Assembly: GCA_963835065.1 (NCBI GenBank)
Contig: CAWIEK010000049.1
Coordinates: 544,001 to 608,000 of the forward strand
Length of the DNA stretch: 64,000 nucleotides
Source: an uncultured Chthonomonadaceae bacterium
GTDB lineage: Bacteria > Armatimonadota > Chthonomonadetes > Chthonomonadales > Chthonomonadaceae
Direction: 5' to 3'
Shown: piece by piece, positions 49,073 through 59,206 of the stretch
Layout of the letters: each line of letters begins with the position of its first letter
How positions within the stretch are numbered: position 1 is the first letter of the stretch
The notes under the pieces: generated by a model
What the model was told of the DNA's origin: nothing
What the model saw: the letters and a program-made list of their open reading frames with translations, nothing else
Database searches by the model: none
Position numbers and translations under genes: made by a program

Positions 49073-49417
49073 TTATCCCTGATGCAGCGTTTGCGCATGA
49101 AGCGCTTCCGCCGGAATCTCGAACTCGACAGCGATTTCGTCTATGACCGGGATGCCATAGGGGAAGAGGCGAAGGTGTCCGCCATATTGGGTAAGCGGCC
49201 CGACGACATGGCCCAGCGATTGGGGGGTCGTGTGGTAGGTTCCCACATATTCCAAAACGGGCGGGATACCGCGCGTTAAAATCTTTTTCAGCGCGGTGTT
49301 CTCAATTTGCGCTACGCGCGAAAAGAGTTCGAGGTGTTTGTCCTGGACATTGGGGTGCGCGCCAAGTCGTTCGCGCAGCATCTTCACGGAACCACGTTCC
49401 TGTTCCATCGTAGTCAT
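49073..49417 (-). CDS. Small protein with two GIP motifs; putative radical SAM partner or substrate
   Basis: AGGAGG RBS; ends 3 nt before the rSAM start; ILTRGIPP and LFPYGIPV. Confidence 0.7.
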   Translation of the reverse strand: MTTMEQERGSVKMLRERLGAHPNVQDKHLELFSRVAQIENTALKKILTRGIPPVLEYVGTYHTTPQSLGHVVGPLTQYGGHLRLFPYGIPVIDEIAVEFEIPAEALHAQTLHQG

Positions 49418-49652
49418 CCTCCTTGCAATCCGTTGCGACGGGGCTTAATGTATATCTACACTGCATTGTGGAAATACATCTTCCGTCGAAAACAAGTATA
49501 CGACACTTTCATATTTTTGTCAAGATTATAAAAATATTCAAAATTATTAATCCGCTTGGATCCAGCCTACTCTTATGGAACCTGACGGCGTGGAGTTCGT
49601 CTAGTGCATGGAACGAGAAATCATCGGGACAAGCAGGGAGATAATAAACATC

Positions 49653-50342
49653 ATGAAACGTTTTCGCAAAGCGCTGCTGGCGCTGGCGGCGCTTTTGGGC
49701 GTCGTGATTGTCGGCGGCATCTGGCTCCTCAATAGCGCCCTGAACGTGGCGAGCGACGTGGTAGACAGCACGCTCGGAGGCGCGCAAAAAGTGCAGGCAG
49801 CGGCGCAGAAAGAAGTTGTCGGAGTGGCGCGGGGCGCGCAGAACGGCGCAAAAGCAGCCCTGTCCGGCGCGGAACATTCTCTTGACATGCTGGACAAACC
49901 CGCGCCTGCGCCCTCGCCCACAAAGGACGCGCCGACGATACCGCCTGCCAACAAGACGCCGGAGCAAATCGCCGACAAAGGCGCGAGCAGTGCGCCAAAA
50001 CCGGTGGCGGAGAAAAATCCAAAGGAAGAAGATGACACGCTGGCCGGCATTGGCGGCCTCGTAAGTATGTTCCTCAACGATGGCGATGATGCTTCAGATA
50101 TTACGGATTTGCTGACGATGGGCGACAAGGAAACAAAGGCCGATAAGGACGCAAAGGGCGATAAGCCGGACAGCAAGAACGCCGATGATTCGCTGACGGA
50201 CATGATTCCCGGAGCCAACTCGCCCACCGTAAAAGGCTGGATGGCCGGCAAGTACAAAGGCAAAGAATCACAAGCGCTGGACGACGCTCTGGAAGACCCC
50301 AAAATCTGGCGGCTGGTTTTCTTCCTCGGCGGCGGCATCTAA
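49653..50342 (+). CDS. Hypothetical membrane-anchored low-complexity protein
   Basis: GGGAG RBS, N-terminal TM, Pro/Asp/Lys-rich body. Confidence 0.6.
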   Translation: MKRFRKALLALAALLGVVIVGGIWLLNSALNVASDVVDSTLGGAQKVQAAAQKEVVGVARGAQNGAKAALSGAEHSLDMLDKPAPAPSPTKDAPTIPPANKTPEQIADKGASSAPKPVAEKNPKEEDDTLAGIGGLVSMFLNDGDDASDITDLLTMGDKETKADKDAKGDKPDSKNADDSLTDMIPGANSPTVKGWMAGKYKGKESQALDDALEDPKIWRLVFFLGGGI

Positions 50343-50833
50343 GCAGTTGATAGTTGATAGTTGATAGGGGAGCAGGCGTTTTCGCTGCTCCCCTGTCATT
50401 TGCCAGGCTTATCAAAGTCTTGCGTTCCTGTATGATCTCTTTCACGCCTATGTACTAATAAATAGACAGCCTTTCTCCAACACTCTGCTCCTCGCCTTGA
50501 AGTCGTTGTTTATCTATTCCTCTGCCTTTTACTCCTCCTGGGTCTGTGTTCTGCGGCGATGTTGGGTTAGCCTCTTCCAATTTTCCATCCCCCTGGTCAG
50601 GCTGTGTCAAGTTGCGTCAACTAAATCAAATTGAGTCAAGTTGAATTCATTGCAGGGAGAGTGACCAAGTTGATCAAGGCGGCCCTTGCGTTCCGCCAAC
50701 AAGTCTGTAATACTTGTCAGTACGAAGTATGCAGAACAGATGTTGTTGCAGCGTATATATCAATGGTCGCAATGCTGATTTTACTTCCTATCAAAATGCG
50801 CGGCGAACTACAAGCACAAGGAGCAGAACCATT

Positions 50834-51937
50834 ATGAATCCTCCGACACCCAACACCCAATACCCAACACCCAACACCGGCTTCTCCCTCAACCAGTCTC
50901 GTCTTGCTCTGCTGATGCACGATAACCTGACCGGCAGATGGGGGAAGATGGGATTGGGACTGCTGCGTTACAGTGACGCCGCCATTCCCGCCGTGATTGA
51001 CCGGCAGCACGCAGGGAAGAACGCGCGGGACGTGACCAACATTCCCCGTTCCGTTCCGATTGTGGCGACAGTGGAAGAAGCCATTGCATTGGGCGCGGAC
51101 ACACTGGTACTTGGAGTCGCGCCTGCGGGCGGGGTATTGCCCTCAGATTGGTGGCAGGACATCAAAACAGGATTGGGCGAAGGCTTGTCTCTGGTAAACG
51201 GCCTGCACCTGCGCATGGAAACCGATCCCGAACTAACGCCCCTGCTGCATCCCGGACGCTGGATTTGGGATGTTCGAACCGAGCCGGAAGGCTTGCCAAA
51301 CGGCAGCGGCGCGGCGCGTACTTTGCCGTGCAAGCGCATCTTAACAGTGGGCACGGACATGGCTATCGGTAAAATGACCGCCAGCCTGGAGATGGACCGG
51401 GAAGCGAAAAAACGCGGACTGCGCTCCAAATTCCTGGCGACAGGGCAGATCGGTATTTGCATCACGGGAGATAGAACGCCGCTTGTTTCCGGTGTTGCGC
51501 TAGATGCGGTTCGGGTGGATTTCGCGTCCGGGGCTGTGGAATCTATGGTGATGCGCAACGGACACGACTATGGCCTGCTGCACGTGGAGGGGCAGGGTTC
51601 CCTCCTGCATCCCGCTTCCACCGCCTGGCTGCCGTTAATTCGGGGCGCGTGTCCCACACATCTGATTTTGGTGCATCGGGCAGGACAGCAAGGTCTGAGC
51701 CGTTACCCTGATATTGCCATCCCCCCGCTGCCTGTCGTCTGCCAATTGTATGAAACGGTATGCGCCGGGGGAGGCACACAGCCACCGGCCCGCGTTGTCG
51801 GCATCGCCCTGAACTGCGGGCATTTGAACGATGCGGACGCACAACGCGCAGTGGAACAAACGCAGGCGGAAACCGGCCTGCCGACAGTAGATGTGGTGCG
51901 GCAGGGAGCGGGCAAGCTCCTGGATGTGGCGGAATAA
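50834..51937 (+). CDS. DUF1611 family P-loop protein
   Basis: GKMGLGLLRY, NGLH, VGTDMAIGKMT, ATGQIG, VEGQGSL.HP. Confidence 0.88.
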   Translation: MNPPTPNTQYPTPNTGFSLNQSRLALLMHDNLTGRWGKMGLGLLRYSDAAIPAVIDRQHAGKNARDVTNIPRSVPIVATVEEAIALGADTLVLGVAPAGGVLPSDWWQDIKTGLGEGLSLVNGLHLRMETDPELTPLLHPGRWIWDVRTEPEGLPNGSGAARTLPCKRILTVGTDMAIGKMTASLEMDREAKKRGLRSKFLATGQIGICITGDRTPLVSGVALDAVRVDFASGAVESMVMRNGHDYGLLHVEGQGSLLHPASTAWLPLIRGACPTHLILVHRAGQQGLSRYPDIAIPPLPVVCQLYETVCAGGGTQPPARVVGIALNCGHLNDADAQRAVEQTQAETGLPTVDVVRQGAGKLLDVAE

Positions 51938-51953
51938 GGTTACTTCCTGTGAC

Positions 51954-52805
51954 TTAAGGTTCTCTCACGATTTCTCTTGCGCAGATGTCATACCGAGACG
52001 TCGTTCTGCTGTTCCAGATGGCATTGAAATGCTCCGTAGCGGCTTGATACCAGCGGGGATTCTGCTCCTGCGTGTATTCTATGTGCGGCATGCTTGATCC
52101 CTGATGATCCCGCCAATGAAAGCCCTGACAAACGTATCCGTCCACGATGAGCAGCGTCATTGTGGGCGTTGAATCGAAAACACGGACTCCAAGACGCTCA
52201 CAGTTCTCCAGGTGGGAGGCCAGGATAGAAATCTCCTTTAATGATTTCGTGATATTCTCGTGAACGCTTTCTCTCGCTTCCTCTTCTGCCGCTTTAATCG
52301 CGTCGCTTTCCTTCAGCGCGGCCAACTTGCTGCAGCTCAGGTCAATGCCGCGATGTGCCACATGAGGGGAGGAAGGATCGAGAATAAGTATCCGCGTCTC
52401 GCCCGAACGTTCCATTGCGTTGCTCACCAGAGGCTGCGACAGACTCTCTTTGTTTACCAGCCATGTACTCAAGAAAAAGACACGCTTCGCCTGCCTTATT
52501 CTCGCCATGCACTCAGGCATGGGGAAATCGGCGATAGATGTCAAAGTACCTTTTTCCATGCGCCAGGGTCGGCTTACCGGTTCCACATGCGTCTCATAAT
52601 CCAGTTTTATGTCCAGGTACTTACAAACTTCTTCCAACGTATGTACCAGAACCGGTTCAGGTTTAAGCAGCGCATTTATCGTATTTCTCGCGATCTTCGT
52701 ACCCCGCCGTAGCGCCTCGCGCGTACAGTGTTTATTGCTCATCTGTTCATTTATCTTTTTCACCCCCTCCGGTGTCAGTTGTCTGCTGCGACTGCTGGTT
52801 GGCAT
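51954..52805 (-). CDS. XRE-like HTH protein with a C-terminal DUF5919/PLD-like sensor domain
   Basis: REALRRGTKIARNTI..LEEVC HTH; RILILDPSS, VRVFDSTP, HFNAIW. Confidence 0.65.
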   Translation of the reverse strand: MPTSSRSRQLTPEGVKKINEQMSNKHCTREALRRGTKIARNTINALLKPEPVLVHTLEEVCKYLDIKLDYETHVEPVSRPWRMEKGTLTSIADFPMPECMARIRQAKRVFFLSTWLVNKESLSQPLVSNAMERSGETRILILDPSSPHVAHRGIDLSCSKLAALKESDAIKAAEEEARESVHENITKSLKEISILASHLENCERLGVRVFDSTPTMTLLIVDGYVCQGFHWRDHQGSSMPHIEYTQEQNPRWYQAATEHFNAIWNSRTTSRYDICAREIVREP

Positions 52806-53052
52806 TTTTCCGAACCTCCATCAACTTGTCAGGTCGAACCAGATTGAATCAGAGTAAGCGCGTTGTGTATGTTGGGCTTGTGCGGAACCATTATGAACTG
52901 AGATACTACTACCGGTACATTTTGTCAGCACATTCCGATGGGAATACATGCTTATTCTACAGGAGGCTGCATTATGGAACTTTTCGGTGGAATGCCTGGT
53001 TAAGAAGATACAGGCATGAGTTCACCCTGGAGGGCTGGAAAGAGGTCATGAC

Positions 53053-53469
53053 ATGAAAGAAACCGTTGGTTCATTTCGCATCTATCTCTACGTGGTGAGT
53101 GTCCTCGGCATACTCTCCAATCTTCTTGTGATGAGCGAGACACGGCTGTCCCTTCTGGATCGGGGGCTTGGATTCGTGGACCTGGCGCTCAATGTGGTTG
53201 TGCTTTACCTTGGCGCGACGCTTCCCTCCAAGCTGCGTTCGGACATGGGCTTTGTACAGGGAGTTCTCTGGACACTTGTTGGTCTCAGCGCGCTTGCGCT
53301 CGCTGCATCCGTGTTTCACGCGCTGGCCGGGACCGGCTCAATCCAAATCGTACCGATCATCAGCATCCTGATCGGCTTGTATCTGCTTGCAAACGCGCGC
53401 CGTTTACATTCTGAGCTTAATGCCCAGGACACTCCCTCTGACGCTGCCGGTACGCCGCCGAACTCGTGA
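53053..53469 (+). CDS. Hypothetical 4-TM membrane protein
   Basis: GAGG RBS, four hydrophobic segments. Confidence 0.65.
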   Translation: MKETVGSFRIYLYVVSVLGILSNLLVMSETRLSLLDRGLGFVDLALNVVVLYLGATLPSKLRSDMGFVQGVLWTLVGLSALALAASVFHALAGTGSIQIVPIISILIGLYLLANARRLHSELNAQDTPSDAAGTPPNS

Positions 53470-53653
53470 TTACAGCGCCCGCGAACCTATGAAGGACGAA
53501 CGCTGACAGCCACATTCGCCCTGTACAACGAAAATAGTTACATTTTCCTTGCTTGCAGGGTACGCTAAAAGGTATTATAAGCAAGTGTCAATGTGATTGT
53601 TGCTTCAGCGCGCAGGCAGGAACTGCGCCGGTTCAGGAGAATGAGGCCACCTT

Positions 53654-54823
53654 ATGAAATTTTACACCGTTCCTTTGGCAGCGCTGGGCGTGGCGATTGC
53701 CGCGCCTGCCAACTACGCGCAGACTTCCGACGCGAAAGTGACCAGCCTGATCAGCCAGGTCGCGTCCGCCTATCGCGGCCTGGACACGTTTTCCGCCACG
53801 TTAGACATGACGCAGGCGCAGCGCAAGGTGACAACGCATCTCACGCTGCAAAAGCCGTCCAAACTCGCGGCGGAGATCGTCGTGGGTACAGATCGCAGCC
53901 ATGTCGTGGCGGACGGCAAGACGATTTACACCGATACTACCCGCGATAAGACCAAATACATTCATCAGCCGGAAGCCAAACTGGGCGACGCCGTGAATGC
54001 GCTGGCGCAAAATGGCGGCGCGGGGGTGGGACTGCTGCCGATTCTGCTGACAAGTCCTGCCGCCGAAAAACAGCTGATTCCCGGCAAGCCGACGTCCCTG
54101 AAGATTGCGGCGGACGAAACCATCGGCAGCGAAGCGTGTGATGTCATCGCCGCTGTCATTGGAGATGGTGAGCAGAAGTCGCTGTTCAAGTTCGCCTTTG
54201 CCAAACAGGACCATTTGCTGCGCCAACTCTCCATCGGCCCCGCCACGGAGGGAGCCAAGCCGACTATCGTGGAAACGTACTCGGAGGTAAACCTGCACCC
54301 GGATGTGAACACGGACACGTTCAAGTACACGCCGCCTGCCGGGGCTGTCGCGTCCGACCCGCCCAAAGAGCGGCCTATGTACGATCCGCGTCTCAAAGTC
54401 GGCGCTATGCCGCTGGCAATCTCCGGCAACGACATGGCGGGCAAGCCCGTGTCCCTGGATCAGTACAAAGGCAAAGTGCTGCTGATTGACTTTTGGGCGA
54501 CGTGGTGCGGGCCGTGCGTGGCCGAACTGCCGAACGTGATTGCCGCCTACAAGAAGTACCACAGCAAGGGCTTTGAAATCGTGGGCGTATCGCTGGATCA
54601 GGCCAATGCCGGGCCGAAAGTGTCGGCCTTTACGCAGGCCAAGGGCATGCCCTGGCGTCAAATCTACGACGGCAAATTCTGGGAAGCCGCAAACGCCAAA
54701 GCGTATGGCGTACAGTCCATCCCCTTTACCCTCCTGGTCGGCACGGACGGAAAAATCGCCGCTGTGGGAGCGCGGGGCGAGGATCTCGCGCCCGCTATTG
54801 AAGCGGCCCTGGCGAAGCATTAA
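53654..54823 (+). CDS. Exported LolA/DUF2092-like domain fused to a TlpA thiol-disulfide redoxin
   Basis: Signal peptide, QKPSKL..DGKT, DFWATWCGPCVAELP, YGVQSIP. Confidence 0.85.
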   Translation: MKFYTVPLAALGVAIAAPANYAQTSDAKVTSLISQVASAYRGLDTFSATLDMTQAQRKVTTHLTLQKPSKLAAEIVVGTDRSHVVADGKTIYTDTTRDKTKYIHQPEAKLGDAVNALAQNGGAGVGLLPILLTSPAAEKQLIPGKPTSLKIAADETIGSEACDVIAAVIGDGEQKSLFKFAFAKQDHLLRQLSIGPATEGAKPTIVETYSEVNLHPDVNTDTFKYTPPAGAVASDPPKERPMYDPRLKVGAMPLAISGNDMAGKPVSLDQYKGKVLLIDFWATWCGPCVAELPNVIAAYKKYHSKGFEIVGVSLDQANAGPKVSAFTQAKGMPWRQIYDGKFWEAANAKAYGVQSIPFTLLVGTDGKIAAVGARGEDLAPAIEAALAKH

Positions 54824-54837
54824 ACGAGCTATTCAAG

Positions 54838-54880
54838 CCCTCACCCCAACCCCTCTCCCAAAAAGCCTGGGAGAGGGGCT
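54838..54880. repeat. REP-like palindrome CCCTCACCCCAACCCCTCTCCCA..TGGGAGAGGGG
   Basis: Same general family as the 6741 element; lies directly after a stop codon. Confidence 0.6.
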
Positions 54881-55149
54881 AATCTGAATTTCACCAACCC
54901 CTTTCCAAAAGAGCCTGACAGCGAGCCGCAATGCTCATTGCCAGGCTTTTGTGTCAGGCTTTCTATAGAACAGGCTGTCGAAGAAGGAGGAATTTGAGCC
55001 GCTTACGATGAAAGTCCAGCCTGAAACACAGGTATCAGGATAGTCTGCATGAACTACGTTCACCCTGGAGCATGAACATGCCGGAGTGACCGAACACCGA
55101 ATACCAAATACCGAACACCGAACACCGGCATTTCAGGCAAGGAGCGCGG

Positions 55150-56646
55150 ATGATCGCGGGGACAGAGAATACAGGGGCACACCTACGCACAGCCGACAAG
55201 CCGTCCGGCGCGGCGATTCTGGCGAAAAACCGGCAATTCTTGCTGCGTTATGGCTGCGCGATTATTTCCACTACCCTCGCGCTTATCATTCGTATCCTGC
55301 TTATGCCGGCAGTGCAAGCGCGCTTTCCCTACGCCTTGATGTATTTCGCAATCACGCTGACGGCATGGTACGGCGGGTTTGGTCCCGCGCTGTTTGCGAT
55401 GATTGTGGGCTATCTGGAAGTGGCTTACTTCCTTGTGCCTCCCTACCATACCTTTGTCATTACCAACGTATACGATCTGATCGGGTTCGTGGTCTTTGTG
55501 TTTCTCGGTTTGGCGAATATCCTCTTCAGCGAATCGCTGCGCCGGGCGCAGGCGCGCGCCGAAGCGAGCGCGGAGCAGGCGCGAAACACCGCCGACGCTC
55601 TGCGCGCCAGCGAGTCGCGGCGCATTGAAAGCGAGGAACGCCTGCGCATGGCCGCCGACGCCGCGCGAATGGGCGTGTGGAGCTATTCCCCCGAAGCCGG
55701 GGAACTGACCCTTTCCCCGGCGGGCGCGCGGGTGATGGGACTGCCGCCCGAACAAACCACGCTGACCAATACGGGCCTGCTGGAACGCATTTATGCGGCG
55801 GACAAACTGTATGTGATGCGCGCCATCCGCAACACGCTGGACAACCAGGCGGTTTTCGACGCTGAGTACCGCGTGGTGTGGCCGGACAAATCCATTCACT
55901 GGCTGGCGACGCGGGGCGAAGCCCTGCGCAACGCGCATACGGGAGAGACGCTGTTCAGTGGCGTGGTGCAGGAAATCACGCAGCGCAAGCAGACGGAACA
56001 GGAACGCGACGCGCATCTCAGGGAAATCGAGGCGCTGAACGGACAGCTGAAATTGGCAATGGCGGAAACCCATCATCGCGTGAAGAACAACCTGCAAGTG
56101 ATCGCGGCCATGATTGACATGCAGACGATGGAGGACACGCCCACCCTGCCCCGCGACGAGTTTCTGCGCCTGGGCCAGCACGTCCGCACCCTGGCAACCA
56201 TCCACGAAATTCTTACGCAAAAAGCCAAAGAACAGGGCGACGCGCAAACGCTTTCCGCCCGCGCCCTGCTGCGCCACTTACTGACAACCTTGCAGCGCGC
56301 GCACCAGAACCGCGCGCTGCGGCAGCAAATAGACGACGCGACGCTTTCCACCCGGCACGGAACCGCGCTGGCGCTGATCGCCAACGAATTGGTCAGCAAC
56401 GCGGTGAAACATGCGACGGGCGCGATTGAAGTGCGGTTCGTGGTGCAGGGGAACATCGCCATGCTGGAAGTGTGCGACGACGGCGCGGGCTTTCCCCCGG
56501 ATTTCAACGCGAGCAAAGCCGCCAACACGGGGCTGGAATTGATACAAACCCTGACAAACGCCGACCTGACCGGCAACCTCGCCTTCAGCAACCGTCCCGA
56601 AGGCGGCGGGCGCGTATGCGTCACCTTCGCCATCACCAGCATGTAG
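55150..56646 (+). CDS. Sensor histidine kinase (DUF4118 TM region, PAS, HisKA_2, HATPase)
   Basis: AWYGGFGP, EYRVVWPD, ETHHRVKNNLQ, NELVSNAVKH, DDGAG. Confidence 0.9.
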   Translation: MIAGTENTGAHLRTADKPSGAAILAKNRQFLLRYGCAIISTTLALIIRILLMPAVQARFPYALMYFAITLTAWYGGFGPALFAMIVGYLEVAYFLVPPYHTFVITNVYDLIGFVVFVFLGLANILFSESLRRAQARAEASAEQARNTADALRASESRRIESEERLRMAADAARMGVWSYSPEAGELTLSPAGARVMGLPPEQTTLTNTGLLERIYAADKLYVMRAIRNTLDNQAVFDAEYRVVWPDKSIHWLATRGEALRNAHTGETLFSGVVQEITQRKQTEQERDAHLREIEALNGQLKLAMAETHHRVKNNLQVIAAMIDMQTMEDTPTLPRDEFLRLGQHVRTLATIHEILTQKAKEQGDAQTLSARALLRHLLTTLQRAHQNRALRQQIDDATLSTRHGTALALIANELVSNAVKHATGAIEVRFVVQGNIAMLEVCDDGAGFPPDFNASKAANTGLELIQTLTNADLTGNLAFSNRPEGGGRVCVTFAITSM

Positions 56647-56850
56647 ATTTATGCCCCGCGAAAAAGGCAGAGGGAAAGAGGAGAAAAGAAGAAAAGAAGA
56701 AAAGAAGAAGAGAAGAAATAGACAGGATTAAGGGGATTAGAAGGATTAAACAGGATTAGGAACCGAGATGAGCTGCCTGTTTGTTCTGAACTGGATGTTC
56801 AAATTACAGAAAAGGATATGTAGAGTCATCGTCGAAATCTTGGCAATACA

Positions 56851-57070
56851 GCGCTTCCAGCCCGATGTCTCGTTGTGTCAAGTTGTAGGAGAGAGGCGTC
56901 GTGACCTCGTAAGCGTCAGGGCGAACGGGAGGGGTGAAACATAGGACTGGCACCTCCCTTCCGGTGTCTAACATTTGAAAAGTAGACGTTGTTCTGCTAT
57001 TTAGACGACTGCATTGGGCAAAGGGTTCACTGTTTTTGCGTGATTTGGCTCTTTTTTATGTTTCTTGTAT
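56851..57070 (-). ncRNA. Copy 2 of the duplicated candidate sRNA/micropeptide unit (8-codon ORF MFHPSRSP at 56916-56942)
   Basis: Near-identical to 1-80; promoter GAACC-N17-GTCTAA at 57028-57001; GGGAGG SD. Confidence 0.5.
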
Positions 57071-57394
57071 TTTTCTGGGACGAAGGTTTTCCTCTCGCGC
57101 AAATAGGTTTCACAAAGCGGTTTCAACACATCCACAGAGTTCATTTCTCCTAATCAAAGATGCTTGTGCGTTCGCCATGTAAGTCGCTGTTTCCTCCCGA
57201 ACAGCTCTGTGCTAACAAGACAAGGGTTGTAATGATAGAAGCACCCTGTCTATTTTGCCGGAATTTAATGAAAAACAATTAATTTGATACCAAGGAGGTT
57301 CCAGAAGTATGTTTGGCATGATTCTTGCAATAGTAGAACTAACAGTATGTTGTTGAACATTACTGCCTCACACTTTGTTACCGGAGACCATCCT

Positions 57395-58111
57395 ATGCGT
57401 TATGGCCGAACAACCTTTTTGCTGGCTGCTATCGCCTTGACCTGCTCTGGCGCGGCACATGCCCAATTCTCCACTAATCTCATTGTCAATTCCGACGCGG
57501 AAGCCGGAACCGGATCGGCAACCGGCAATGACATCGAGACCGTACCTGGCTGGACGACATCGGGCAACTTCACAGTTGTACAGTATGATATTGGCGGGGG
57601 CTTCCCTGCTTCCACAGACCCCAGCCCCGCGAATCGCGGCAGTAACTTCTTTGCCGGTGGCCCCGCTAACGGGGGATCGTTCGCAACGCAGTCTATCAAC
57701 GTTGCGACTGGCGCGACCACGATTGATTTAGGCAACGTTACCTACAATCTCTCAGGATACCTGGGTGGATTCGACGGTCAGCGTGATAATGCAACGCTAA
57801 CAGCCACCTTCCTCGATGGCTCCAATGCGACACTGGGAACCGCCAGCATTGGGCCTGTGTCGGAGGCAGATCGCAATGGCTTGACCGGCCTTTTGTTACG
57901 CGGCAACAGTGGACTCCTGCCCACCGGCGTCCGCACCATTAACTTGACCCTGAATATGGTGCGGGTGGATGGTTCTTATAACGACGGCTATGCCGATAAT
58001 CTATCCCTTGTTTTAACGGCTTCTCCCGTTCCCGAACCCGGCACGGTCGCTTTTCTCATCGGGATGAGTATAACCGGCGCAGGCTTCCTCGCCCGCCGCT
58101 GCAAAAACTAG
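57395..58111 (+). CDS. PEP-CTERM sorted extracellular protein
   Basis: Signal peptide ending AHA; C-terminal VPEPGT, TM segment, ARRCK. Confidence 0.88.
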   Translation: MRYGRTTFLLAAIALTCSGAAHAQFSTNLIVNSDAEAGTGSATGNDIETVPGWTTSGNFTVVQYDIGGGFPASTDPSPANRGSNFFAGGPANGGSFATQSINVATGATTIDLGNVTYNLSGYLGGFDGQRDNATLTATFLDGSNATLGTASIGPVSEADRNGLTGLLLRGNSGLLPTGVRTINLTLNMVRVDGSYNDGYADNLSLVLTASPVPEPGTVAFLIGMSITGAGFLARRCKN

Positions 58112-58131
58112 ATGAGGAGAGGGGGAGAATA

Positions 58132-58343
58132 GGAGAAAAGGAGAGTGGGAACCGCGAAACACACGAAGTAAACGAAAAAAGAACCAAAAGAATACAGGCA
58201 AATCCACAGATGCCGTCAAAGGTTGCAAACAAACAGGCTTCCGTTCTCGGTTCGTAATCCTGTTCAATCCTTCTAATCCCGTTTATCCTGTCTATTTCCT
58301 TTTCTCTTTTTCCCTCTTTTCGTTTGGTTCGCGTGTTTCGCGG
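58132..58343. repeat. Second full copy of the palindromic 9-mer MITE-like element
   Basis: Arms GGAGAAAAGGAGAGTGGGAACCGCGAAACAC / GTGTTTCGCGGTTCCCACTCTCCTTTTCTCC with internal (TAATCC..)n. Confidence 0.8.
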
Positions 58344-58376
58344 TTCCCACTCTCCTTTTCTCCCTCGAATTGCGCG

Positions 58377-58613
58377 TTAAGCCTGCTTTGAAAGGGCTTC
58401 GGCAAAATGTTCGTAGTGGATGTTGTGGTCGCCCGGAAACGGCTCCCGATGATCATTGTCACCGTTCCATATCTCTTCCGGGATGCTGTCCGGCTCGGTA
58501 TACGCATCACAGCTTGGCGTTGTCACCAATCTAAGATGAACGCATGTGGAACAGGTAGGGCTGATAAAGCGCGCCCTCCGCGGCGTATCGTCAATGACAA
58601 GCATTCTGCTCAC
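58377..58613 (-). CDS. Small Cys/His Zn-binding protein, putative immunity or partner protein
   Basis: CSTC..CDAY..PDSIPEEIWNG..DH..PFPGD; GTGA overlap with the upstream gene; GGAGGAGG RBS. Confidence 0.65.
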   Translation of the reverse strand: MSRMLVIDDTPRRARFISPTCSTCVHLRLVTTPSCDAYTEPDSIPEEIWNGDNDHREPFPGDHNIHYEHFAEALSKQA

Positions 58614-59206
58614 CTCCTCCGCTTATTATAAACAATTCCTGTGCGATTTGCAACCTCTTGCCAGGTTCTATCTAACAGCGCGGCATGGTACTCGTTTTCA
58701 GATGTGAAAGTATCCAATTGTTTTCGCAAGCCGCGAGCGGCAGCAATTTCTGCTTCCACGCGGGCCGGATTGACCACTTGCGTCCACAATGCCGCATCCC
58801 ATCCGGTCGGCGGCGGCTGCATGGAAAAGGTGTATTCTCCTGTTACGACGCGCATTTCCCGCACTTGCGCTTCGCAGGCCGTCTTTATATCCGTGTCACC
58901 AAACGGCGTTCCCGCAGGGTGATTGTGCGTGACAACAGCGCCCTTCATACGTTCGGTTTCTTCCGTGCGGAACACAATGCGCGGCGTTGGAGAAGAGAGG
59001 CTGAACAGGTACTTTCCCTGCGCATCAAAAGCGACTACCGTTTCGCCGGATGTTTTATCTCGTATTCGTGCCTCCGCTTTTTCCAATGAAGAAAAGCGGA
59101 AACGGTTCACGAAATTCTCATAGCGTTCAATCAAAGGTTTGCTTTTCTTTAGGCAGCGCTCGGCAACGCAAAAGACTGAATGAACTGCGGAACAAAGCCC
59201 TTCCAT
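58610..59206 (-). CDS. JAB/MPN-like domain protein, putative toxin domain (start uncertain)
   Basis: E..(ETVVAFD)..THNHP....F...D..MRVV pattern. Confidence 0.6.
   Translation of the reverse strand: MEGLCSAVHSVFCVAERCLKKSKPLIERYENFVNRFRFSSLEKAEARIRDKTSGETVVAFDAQGKYLFSLSSPTPRIVFRTEETERMKGAVVTHNHPAGTPFGDTDIKTACEAQVREMRVVTGEYTFSMQPPPTGWDAALWTQVVNPARVEAEIAAARGLRKQLDTFTSENEYHAALLDRTWQEVANRTGIVYNKRRR

Noticed and set aside
56916..56918. Selenocysteine read-through of the mini-ORF TGA (the frame stays open ~30 codons further)
   Set aside because: No recognisable SECIS or redox motif, and the downstream conservation is at the nucleotide level.
1..56930. The two 80-bp direct repeats as attL/attR of a 57-kb island mobilised by the tyrosine recombinase
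   Set aside because: The enclosed DNA is mostly ordinary chromosomal genes, the recombinase looks like housekeeping XerD, and the repeats show promoter/RNA-like mosaic conservation.
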